Of a stretch of 23,719 nucleotides of DNA, positions 8,529 through 16,868 are shown piece by piece. Positions within the stretch are counted from its first letter, which is position 1. The number at the start of each line of letters is the position of its first letter. The stretch spans positions 1-23,719 of the forward strand of contig JADGIF010000067.1 of NCBI GenBank assembly GCA_018985225.1. Direction: 5' to 3'. The notes below the pieces were generated by a model. The model searched no databases and was not told the origin of the DNA. It saw only the letters and a program-made list of their open reading frames with translations. This DNA is from Amoeboradix gromovi X-113 (taxonomy: Eukaryota > Fungi > Sanchytriomycota). The position numbers and the translations under genes were made by a program.

Positions 8529-8738
8529 CTATTTAACCTCCGGCAGGATTATACAGATGTTGCTTCCGTTTAGCAAAATGTCACCAATATCATTGTCGTC
8601 CTTTGCATCCTCTAAAATACAGTTGACAAACTCATCGAAACTTTTAAGAATTCCTGTGATTTCGTAATTGTTGCGCATTATTATCTTTACTCTTTTGTCA
8701 ATAGCTTTGTCCAACAGTTCTAATGGTGCTGCATTCAT
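8529..8738 (-). CDS. LSM5: Sm-like protein Lsm5
   Basis: PLELLDKAIDKRVKIIM...EITGILKSFDEFVNCILED...ILLNGSNICIILP. First ATG is at 8738. Confidence 0.85.
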   Translation of the reverse strand: MNAAPLELLDKAIDKRVKIIMRNNYEITGILKSFDEFVNCILEDAKDDNDIGDILLNGSNICIILPEVK

Positions 8739-8751
8739 TTGGTTCAAGGAG

Positions 8752-9096
8752 TTAAAATCTCAAATAAAGTAACGAAACCAGCTCTGCATAAAGTAGACTT
8801 TGGTCAAAAGCAGATAATAAAAAGAAAAGAGGTACAGTGGAATTCGAAATTAAAGCCACTTCATAAAGGTTACTTAACCACAACGTAAAAGTCTTATGAG
8901 ACCATTGCACTGACACTAAAATCATGATTAAGACCAGAGAATCAACAATGGTAGATATGATGCATAAATTACTTGTATTCGGGGAAGAATTTACTATGAG
9001 CATGAAGTAAATGATACAGAGAATGCGATAGAAATGATTTATAATAGCGATGCGAGTTACAGATAAAGTAAGAGCCATTTCAGCGTCCAGAACCAT
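8752..9096 (-). CDS. Small hydrophobic/membrane hypothetical protein; the 5' end may be incomplete
   Basis: 114-aa ATG ORF with several hydrophobic stretches; its stop lies 13 nt before the LSM5 ATG. Confidence 0.4.
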   Translation of the reverse strand: MVLDAEMALTLSVTRIAIINHFYRILCIIYFMLIVNSSPNTSNLCIISTIVDSLVLIMILVSVQWSHKTFTLWLSNLYEVALISNSTVPLFFLLSAFDQSLLYAELVSLLYLRF

Positions 9097-9364
9097 GACC
9101 AGAGATATAAATAGAATAATTAAAGAAGTCTAAAAAAGGTGCAACTGACACTGTTTATTGTTTAATTATAAGTTTGCACTTCCAGACCATAAACGCGCAG
9201 CAAGTTAGTCTCATTCGGAGTTTTGTGTGATACTAAAAGAATCAGAATTAACCGGAAAATGCCTGTATGGGCTAATATTATTAGGCAGTACCATAGGGAA
9301 ATCCCCGATTTGTGCTTGGGGCCGTTTTCGAAAACTTTGTCCCATGAAAGAGATACAGCGATTG

Positions 9365-10048
9365 ATGCCGAAGAAAGCAGATTACCGCCAAAGAGCCCAC
9401 TCAAATCCTCTAGTAGATCACGATCTTACAGTTCCGATAAAACCTTCCATGTTTAAATGGGACATGTCAAATCCACCTGACTACATAGATATAGGATGTG
9501 GTTTTGGTGGTTTAACGGTTGATCTTGCTAGAGACTTTCCTGATAAATTTATTGTAGGAATGGAGCTACGAGTTCAAGTATCGCAGTACGTAATATTGAG
9601 AATCAAAGGACTTCGAGAAATACACAAGGACACATCGCAATACATAAATTGTCAATGCATTAGGATGAATTGCATGAAATTTATGCCCAACTTTTTCAAA
9701 AAAAAGTCTATTGAGAAGATATTCATACTGTTTGCAGATCCTCATTTTAAAAAGCAAAAACACAAGCACCGAATAATCACTGTTTCTCTTCTGGCTGAAT
9801 ATGCATACATAACCAAAGTAGGAGGCATTTTGTACACTGCTACTGATGTTCTAGAACTTCATACTTGGAACTGTCGCCATTTAGATGCCTGTGCCTTGTT
9901 TGAAAAGTTGACAGAAGAAGAGGAAAATTCAGATCCCATGAAGCATTACATTTTAAATTCTACGGAAGAAGGCAAAAAAGTCAGCAGAAATGATGGCCCC
10001 AAGTACTTTGCGTTTTATCGCAGAATTGAAGATCCTGTAAATAAATGA
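9365..10048 (+). CDS. TRM8: tRNA (guanine-N7)-methyltransferase Trm8/METTL1
   Basis: MPKKADYRQRAHSNP, DIGCGFGGL, GMELR, FADPHFK, TDVLELH, TEEGKKVSRN. Likely start is ATG 9365. Confidence 0.95.
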   Translation: MPKKADYRQRAHSNPLVDHDLTVPIKPSMFKWDMSNPPDYIDIGCGFGGLTVDLARDFPDKFIVGMELRVQVSQYVILRIKGLREIHKDTSQYINCQCIRMNCMKFMPNFFKKKSIEKIFILFADPHFKKQKHKHRIITVSLLAEYAYITKVGGILYTATDVLELHTWNCRHLDACALFEKLTEEEENSDPMKHYILNSTEEGKKVSRNDGPKYFAFYRRIEDPVNK

Positions 10049-10391
10049 AAATTTTTTGAATTCAAATTAATTTTAATCGATTTAAATTGTCGCAGTCCTA
10101 AGTTACTATTCAAAATTCTTTCCGGAGACGTGTTGCATTATCCCAAAATGATGAACTTGGTAATTTACTTCAGCAACGGCAGATGTACGCACAACAGAAA
10201 GGCCATTACAGCATCCCATACTGGAGGCTAGTTTGCAGTTTTGCGGAAAGGCATTTCTGCTGCTCTCTAGGTCTAGAACATTCAAAATTCCTTTGAAGGA
10301 GGGCAACAATCTCAAAGTGCTTCTTCTACAAGGCAATTTCTTCAGTAAAATCTTAGTTTTTATGCAACATTTCAAGATCAAAAGGAAAGTA

Positions 10392-11120
10392 TTACTCAAA
10401 GCCTGCTTCCTTTAATTCTTCCAAGACCTGCACAATTTCAACAGCAGAATCCACGTTTTTGACATCATATGGGAAAGAATTATCTCTTTTTTTTAAAGCA
10501 ACTCGATTATGATTAGTGGCGACCTTGAAAACAATTTCGTCCTTAATATTTTCAAGATCGGTCTTGCTAAACAATCCACAACTATCCCATGATTTAGACT
10601 TTATAATTTTTACAAGTTTAGAGGAGTCTATGTATATATGCATAACTGATGACTCAAATGAAGCCATCCTCATCTTTTTACAAAATTCTACAATTATTTT
10701 CTCAATATCGCTAATAACCTCATCCTCATAGTTACAGATTATGTCAACATTCTTTTGGCTTATCGCAACTAACCTACCATGATTTATAAAGCAATAAAAT
10801 TCCATTTTTGGATCGACTTGTATAAATTGTTGCAATTCCAAAATGTCTGCCCCAGTAGTAACCTCATCCTGTAAAATTTCAGATGACTGTATCATAAGCC
10901 AAACCTCCTGAGCATCAGTGCACTCCATATTTGGAACTAGCCAAGGGCAATCTGTGGGGGCCTTTCCGTTTATTCTAGGAACTACGGCTCTGAAGCAAAG
11001 TAGGCACTTTTGAATTTGTGAAAGCAATTCAGAATCCTTGTCAAGTTCGAAAACGCCTTGTCCTGAATGCAAAAGCTCATCGGTCTCAAAGAATATCTGG
11101 CGGCTCGCTATTCGATTCAT
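10392..11120 (-). CDS. CDC123: Cdc123/D123-family protein (divergent)
   Basis: VPRINGKAPTDCPWL...C...EVWLMIQSSEIL and MEFYCFINHGRLVAISQK correspond to the family motifs PKLNWSAPKDA.WI, LLLKSSD and EFRCFV...AISQR. Confidence 0.75.
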   Translation of the reverse strand: MNRIASRQIFFETDELLHSGQGVFELDKDSELLSQIQKCLLCFRAVVPRINGKAPTDCPWLVPNMECTDAQEVWLMIQSSEILQDEVTTGADILELQQFIQVDPKMEFYCFINHGRLVAISQKNVDIICNYEDEVISDIEKIIVEFCKKMRMASFESSVMHIYIDSSKLVKIIKSKSWDSCGLFSKTDLENIKDEIVFKVATNHNRVALKKRDNSFPYDVKNVDSAVEIVQVLEELKEAGFE

Positions 11121-11159
11121 GTTTCACTTGAGAACCCTACATTTGACAGCTAAATGGAA

Positions 11160-11420
11160 TGAAAGTACTGGCTTTCTATTCGAGCGGTTGTAGTGGCTGC
11201 TCAAATTCAGTTACTTCGAGGTGTTATTGAGTAAGCATGCATACACTTCGAGTATTTTTTACTTTCTGCTATATGGTCATTGTCTACTTTTAAATGTCAA
11301 TTTTGAACATGGGTCTTCCAAATGTTATTTTGCTTTGAAGTAACATACCTTGTACACGCTTGACTATTAATGCATCATTAAACTAAGCCAGAATCTTTCT
11401 CCTTTTTATACGATAATTTC
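11160..11420 (-). mobile_element. Decayed copy B of the Fanzor2/TnpB-derived element
   Basis: Collinear with ~22880-23170: attgagtaagcatgcatacactt vs attgaataaggatgcagatactt; ctgctatatggtc vs ctgccatatggtc; ccttgtacacgcttgacta vs ccttgtagatgtctgacta. The minus strand gives frameshifted SQACTRY...HLKVDNDHIA...HAYSI and ends GAAAGCCAGTACTTTCA (cf. GAAATCAGGACTTTTA). May extend to ~11570. Confidence 0.75.
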
Positions 11421-11659
11421 ATTTTAGACCGATTGTGAATTTTTAACAATATACCGCTTGGTTATTTCTTGGATTTCACATATTCTGGTTTTGATGATTT
11501 ATGGCATATTTCATGTCAGGTTAGAGGCAGTGTATATCCTAGTTAAAGTCAATTAGAAAATCGGAGAAAGAAGGATTATGGGAATAGTAAGATTAATGTG
11601 CTTTAAATACATGATTTATTCAATTAAATGAAAACATGGGTAGCCACCGAAAACGCGAA

Positions 11660-12200
11660 TAGTTTTTGCAAAGGCGGTACATATTTATCACCTAAAAATG
11701 TGTGAAGTGGTTCTGCTATGATGTCTACCCGTAAACATGGGTTTTATCATATTCTTATAGGTTTTCAATGATTTGAAATGCTGAAAGATGCATTCACATC
11801 CCTATCCACAACTGCATCATAGCGGATTCACATCTCACTATCACAGAAGAATGATGCACATAATTCAGAAAATTTTGCAAAAGTGTTAGAACATTGACAA
11901 CGCATTATAGTGGAAATGGGTTAGAATATCATATGTCATTGTAATTACAAGTGTTATATAATTTTGCTGATGGCTTAGAATGGAGACACACCTTCCTACC
12001 TGTAGAATTATTCGGCAAACAATGCACTTTATCAGTTGCATTACAAAATTTTCTCATGTGGGTTGCCAAGGCATTCAACTCGGTACCATAAGTCAATTAG
12101 ACTTCTGGATAAAGTAATGAAATATTCAAGATAGGATCTGTAGCAAATGTCCTAGCCCTGTCTGAATGTTACGCATGAACCTTTTCATTTCCAAGATACG
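11660..12200 (+). pseudogene. Possible very decayed, longer Fanzor2/TnpB remnant (copy F)
   Basis: Short collinear anchors to copy E: LPT at 11992, gcattcaa at 12071 (79 nt later, vs 81 nt in E), NE...CSKC at 12116-12150, and tacgcatgaac..tcattt..aagata at 12170-12198. A possible RuvC-I ghost VNMGFIIF lies at 11731. Needs several indels. Confidence 0.35.
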
Positions 12201-12569
12201 ACATGTCATGCGAGAAGTGAAGGACGGTCGTTTTGAAGAGTACCAATGAGTAATATCGGATATTGTTTATAAGGCTTAATCTGGGAAAATTCCTGGCCAC
12301 AAACATAAATTCTATGACAGATATGGAAAGAAAAAACAGTGCGATACGTTCAAGGAAGTTACTCGTTATTGTGATGGAACTTGCAGGCGTAAAGTAAGGG
12401 CTATTTGCTGTATGTTGAACAAGAGTTGTTCCGCTCTCTTTTTAGAAGTAACTTGTTCTTGCTTATTCTACAGACTGAAGAGGAATTGGAGATAAAGGCT
12501 TCTCCCCTTGGCATAAGTGATAAAATATGAACCACTAGCCCCTTGTTGATTATTTCCTGAAATCGAAAG

Positions 12570-14048
12570 ATGTTTTCTGTTTCCCACATTGGCGCAGAAG
12601 ATGACTGCGGCTGGATTGTTCAAAAATATGGCGGCACAAGTGTAGGCTCTTCTGAAAGAATTAAACAAATTGTTAGTATCGTAAGTAATTCTCTTCAGTC
12701 AAATCACATTGCTGTGGTTTGTTCTGCTATGTCGCCTACAGACAAAAGCAAAGGCACTACATCGCTGCTGTTAAAATCCGTTCAAGCTTTAAATGAAGGG
12801 ATTAATTACCAGATCTACGTCGAACAAGTCAGGGCTTATCACATCAGCGAGGCTAATAATGCACTGCATGATAGTAAATATTTAGAAGAAGCCCTTAACT
12901 ACATCGAAAGCAGTTGCAACAAGTTGGCAGAGTTTTTGGATGCATTGGACATTATTTCAGAAATTTCTCCAACTTCAAAGGATATCGTTGTATCATACGG
13001 TGAGAGACTCTCTTGTAAACTGGTGTCTCTCATACTAAACAATAACAACATACCTTCAGTATATATAGGCTTAGAATCGCTAATGGAGAGATCAAAAAAG
13101 GTTGGCTATCCTATTACTCTAAATCAGCAGTTTTACGACAAAACCGGAAGACAAATGGCAAGCTTAGTATTTGAAGAGTGTTCTCGATTGGGTTATCCCA
13201 AAACCAAAGTAGTTCCTGTAGTGACAGGATACTTCGGATTTGTTCCTGGATCATTGTTAAGCGCAATTGGTCGTGGCTACAGTGATTTATGTGCAGCTTT
13301 GTTATCTGCTGGTGTGTTTGCTGAAGAACTGCAAATCTGGAAAGAAGTGGATGGAATATTTACTGCTGATCCTCGTAAAATCAAAACAGCTACCCTTGTT
13401 AAAGAGATCTCTCCAGATGAAGCTGCAGAGCTAACATATTACGGTTCAGAAGTTATTCATCCATTCACTATGGATCAGGTTATACGCAATGCTATTCCAA
13501 TTAGAATTAAAAACACTTTTAATCCTTCTGGGTGCGGTACATTAATTGTTCCCGAAGAATCTCCCAAATCACCAATTTCAACAGAAAGGAGGGGACCTAC
13601 TGCGGTTACTATTAAGGACAATATCATTCTGATGAACATAAGATCAAACCAAAAAAGTTCTGCTCATGGGTTTCTCAGCAGAATATTCCACGTCCTGGAT
13701 AAACAGGAAATAACTGTCGATTTAATATCAACATCGCAAGTTCATGTTACTCTTGCTATTCCAGAAGATCCAGAAATGGATCTACCAAAAGCTGTAGAAG
13801 AATTAGAAGTGTTTGGCCACGTTACAATAAGCCATAAACAATGCATACTAAGCATCGTTGGAAGGCAAATGAGAAGATCAGTTGGAGTCGCAGGTCAAAT
13901 GTTTAACCGCCTGGCTGCATCTGGCACCAATATTGAAATGATATCACAGGGTGCTTCAGAAATAAATATATCTTGTGTTGTGCACGAAATTGATGCATTG
14001 AAAGCGTTAGCCGCTACTCATGAGCTAATAAATCGAAATATTAAATAA
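12570..14048 (+). CDS. HOM3: Aspartate kinase (fungal Hom3 type) with ACT domains
   Basis: VQKYGGTSVG, GERLSC, GRGYSDLCAA, WKEVDGIFTADPR, EAAELTYYGSEVIHP, NIEMISQGASEINISC. Confidence 0.95.
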   Translation: MFSVSHIGAEDDCGWIVQKYGGTSVGSSERIKQIVSIVSNSLQSNHIAVVCSAMSPTDKSKGTTSLLLKSVQALNEGINYQIYVEQVRAYHISEANNALHDSKYLEEALNYIESSCNKLAEFLDALDIISEISPTSKDIVVSYGERLSCKLVSLILNNNNIPSVYIGLESLMERSKKVGYPITLNQQFYDKTGRQMASLVFEECSRLGYPKTKVVPVVTGYFGFVPGSLLSAIGRGYSDLCAALLSAGVFAEELQIWKEVDGIFTADPRKIKTATLVKEISPDEAAELTYYGSEVIHPFTMDQVIRNAIPIRIKNTFNPSGCGTLIVPEESPKSPISTERRGPTAVTIKDNIILMNIRSNQKSSAHGFLSRIFHVLDKQEITVDLISTSQVHVTLAIPEDPEMDLPKAVEELEVFGHVTISHKQCILSIVGRQMRRSVGVAGQMFNRLAASGTNIEMISQGASEINISCVVHEIDALKALAATHELINRNIK

Positions 14049-14117
14049 TTTGCAGAGCTTTTTCACGTTGCTGAATATTGCAATTTAATTTTAAATTTGT
14101 GCTATAATTTTCGAAAC

Positions 14118-14888
14118 ATGAAAGACGTTTCTGATCTTGCAAATGAAGTACGCGTTCATCCTTTAGTCTTGCTGTCAGTGGTAGACCATTTCAGAAGAGT
14201 TAATACTAAAAAGAGAGTCGTTGGTATCTTACTTGGACAGAAGTACAGTGATCATATCAATATCAGCAACTCCTTCGCTGTTCCATTTGACGAAGACAAG
14301 CATTTCTATCTCGATCATGATTACGTGTTAACGATGTTCCAAATGTTCAAAAAAATAAATGCAAAGGAACTTATTGTCGGTTGGTATCATACTGGTCCTC
14401 AGTTACATTTCAATGACTTAGAAATACACAGATGGATGCAGCATATCTGCGGAAATGGTGTGTTATGTATCATCCAACCGTTTCTGGACCATCCTATTGA
14501 TGCTTATACCTTGGTTGACAATTCCCAATTTCAGCATATTTCATCATCAATTACTAGTGAACAATCAGAAGAAATCGGTGTAGAGCACTTGCTGCGCGAT
14601 ATTTTTGAATTACAAAAAAGTCCTGTTCAATTGGATGGATTGAAAAGCAGAGTTGACAAGATCATTAATTACCTAGAATTAGTTCAAAATGGAAAGATGC
14701 CATTACAGCAAGATATCTTGGACTCAGTCCAGGAGCTGTTGCAAATGAGATATACTGTACCGGGTGATGTCAAACATGAGACGCATGATCAGCTGTTATT
14801 GGTATTTGTGGCCAGTATGAGTAGAAGTGTAATTGCGTTGCATGAACTTATTGACAACAAGCTGGGAAACATGGTTATTCATAAGTAA
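14118..14888 (+). CDS. RPN8: 26S proteasome lid subunit Rpn8/PSMD7 (MPN domain)
   Basis: VHPLVLLSVVDH, RVVGILLG, NSFAVPFDED, YLDHDY, MFKKINAKELIVGWYHTGP, EEIGVEHLLRDI, RSVIALHELIDNK. First ATG is at 14118. Confidence 0.95.
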   Translation: MKDVSDLANEVRVHPLVLLSVVDHFRRVNTKKRVVGILLGQKYSDHINISNSFAVPFDEDKHFYLDHDYVLTMFQMFKKINAKELIVGWYHTGPQLHFNDLEIHRWMQHICGNGVLCIIQPFLDHPIDAYTLVDNSQFQHISSSITSEQSEEIGVEHLLRDIFELQKSPVQLDGLKSRVDKIINYLELVQNGKMPLQQDILDSVQELLQMRYTVPGDVKHETHDQLLLVFVASMSRSVIALHELIDNKLGNMVIHK

Positions 14889-14987
14889 ATAACTTAGCAT
14901 TTCGTTGTGTTATTTCATTTATTCTTATTGCAAAATCATCTCGGACCACGACATAAAGGGTAAATTTCTTATGTAAAAAATTGGTCT

Positions 14988-15863
14988 TCAAGCCAGCAAT
15001 ATTCTTGTTCTTGCTTGCTTATATGGATGAGGATAAACCGGATGCTGCAGTTGTAAATAAGCTTCCAAAATATGCCGCTCTTCCAGCGGAGTCTGCTGAG
15101 TGTTTAACTTTGTACAGGAAAACAGACTGAATATTTCCAAATCTTCAAGCTCTCTTTTGCTTCGGGTTTCGAGAACCATTTCTTTTTCACTTTCCTTTTT
15201 GATGACAAGAGCAAATTCAGTAATTCTTCTTACCATTTCGTATCCTAAAAAACCTAATATATCAACAACATCGTCATTTGGTTTAACATCTGTTAAACTG
15301 CCCATGTTAATCCAGGTTCTGAATCTCTTTCCTTTACGATGCGAGAATGATGCTGATCTGCACTCTGAATAAAACATATATTCTTGTGCTGTCATGTCTC
15401 TTGTTTTAATATCAGCTTCTTTTAACCGCTGATTATCCTCAAAAGTCGCAATTTTATCATTTTGGTCTTCTACCTCTTCATCCTCTAAGACGTCCGTAAA
15501 TCCTTCTATATATTCCCAGGGTAGCCTGACATTCACTTTGGACTTCAACTCATCGCCATCTTCCTCCTCAATCCCTTCGGCTACTTCATCCTCATCCTTC
15601 GCATTCTTTCTCACATCCTTGTAGCTTAAATATGTCTTAATTCGCGCTACTTTTGTTTTGTCATGCTTGATTACGAATATTATATCCTCAATTCCTATAT
15701 TTCTGCTCGATCGTTGCCTACTCGCTTCGTTTGCTAGTGACACTATTTCCATTAAATGGTGTCTAACCATATCTTCTATTAACTTGGTGACTACAGGCAG
15801 TGGGTCTCTCACCTCTCCAAACACATATACCATTTGAACAATCTCTGATTGGTATTTATACAT
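14988..15863 (-). CDS. SPT3: SAGA subunit Spt3 (two histone folds)
   Basis: YKYQSEIVQMVYVFGE, IEDIIFVIKHD, RLKEADIKTRDMTAQEYMFYSECRSASFSHRKGKRFRTW, DVVDILGFLGYEMV. First ATG is at 15863. Confidence 0.95.
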   Translation of the reverse strand: MYKYQSEIVQMVYVFGEVRDPLPVVTKLIEDMVRHHLMEIVSLANEASRQRSSRNIGIEDIIFVIKHDKTKVARIKTYLSYKDVRKNAKDEDEVAEGIEEEDGDELKSKVNVRLPWEYIEGFTDVLEDEEVEDQNDKIATFEDNQRLKEADIKTRDMTAQEYMFYSECRSASFSHRKGKRFRTWINMGSLTDVKPNDDVVDILGFLGYEMVRRITEFALVIKKESEKEMVLETRSKRELEDLEIFSLFSCTKLNTQQTPLEERHILEAYLQLQHPVYPHPYKQARTRILLA

Positions 15864-16107
15864 GGTCACTACAGTCACTTTAAAACAAATGTCTCAAAAA
15901 CAAAAAGCAGCTTGACTATTTTCTTGAGCAAATCATTTATCGCGAATTTGTATGCATTTTTGTACAATTTCAAGACTTTTCCAGATTTTTCTAGTGCCTT
16001 AAACACTCGATGCTCTTCCTTTTCGCAGACGGTAAATCAATTCTAAAGAAATAATTAACAGGTAGAGCATGTATTCGTCTCAGACTGATAAGCTGGTCCA
16101 AACACGA

Positions 16108-16331
16108 AGATTCGGTGCCATGTACAATATGTGTCACTCTAAAGAAAACCAATTTGGAGAGCTACTCATGTACATAGTGTCGTTTGGAAGTGGACATGGA
16201 CCACATGGCACCAAGGAACAAATTCGATGCCATGTACGAGGTATGGTACTTTAAAGAAAACCAACTTAGAAACCTGAACCTGTACAAAGTGTCATTTGAA
16301 GATAGATAGAGATGATATGGCAGCAAGGAAC
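16108..16331 (+). repeat. 2 x 112 bp diverged tandem duplication in copy C, with the same breakpoints as in copy A
   Basis: Units 16108-16219 and 16220-16331. Confidence 0.9.
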
Positions 16332-16355
16332 ATATACATCAAGTATCTGCATCCT

Positions 16356-16475
16356 TATTCAATCCCGCCTCAGGGTAGTGAAAGCGTGAGCAATCACTGT
16401 AACGGAGAATTTAGCACTGCTAGTTTCTCTGTGGAATTCTCGATTTTCTCAGAAATCAGGACTTTTAACGAGGAG
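16356..16475 (+). ncRNA. Putative omegaRNA scaffold (3' part), copy C
   Basis: Same three hairpins as copy A; the central hairpin 16402-16432 carries a 3-nt insertion that still pairs (TAGC-act-GCTA). Confidence 0.6.
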
Positions 16476-16868
16476 CAAAGTGGCAATGCACTTTGAGCAA
16501 TCTGCATTCTCTCTCTGGACGCAAAAACAAGCAAACCGAATACTCTCTAGCAAAAGCAAAATAATTTCATGTTGCGATACTGCAACATCCTTTTCTATAT
16601 CACCATATTTTATATTTTTTACCAGTACCTTTCGTGCCAAGTAAAGGGAAAAACAATATAAAAGGTGATTTCGGATGACACAATCGGATTTACTACTAGC
16701 TCAAATCTCGTTTGTACCTTCAGAGGATTTCAACGCTGGAACTATCTGCTGGTGGAAGGGTTTTTTGAGCTAAAAGGAATCTAGTAATTTGACATCTTTT
16801 TGCCATCTGCTTTGCGCTTAGACTGACTTTCACAGAGTAAATCAAAAAAGCGTTTTAAAACAATAAAA

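Larger units (their letters stand above)
15907..16475 (+). mobile_element. Non-autonomous Fanzor2/TnpB-derived element, copy C (5'-truncated relative to A)
   Basis: Aligns throughout to 4411-4976, including the 112-bp duplication. Encodes CTKCHLKIDRDDMAARNI with an in-frame TGA just upstream. Ends ATCAGGACTTTTAACGAGGAG. Confidence 0.85.

Noticed and set aside
9227-9364. Upstream extension of TRM8 and overlapping ORFs 9162-9404 and 9223-9456
   Set aside because: The extension has a non-ATG start and Trm8 homology begins at ATG 9365; the other two have no recognisable similarity and lie partly across the TRM8 start.
10106-10399. 97-aa ORF containing LLPSF as another Fanzor remnant or a gene
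   Set aside because: TTG start overlapping the CDC123 stop; no zinc finger, DRD motif or conserved tail follows.
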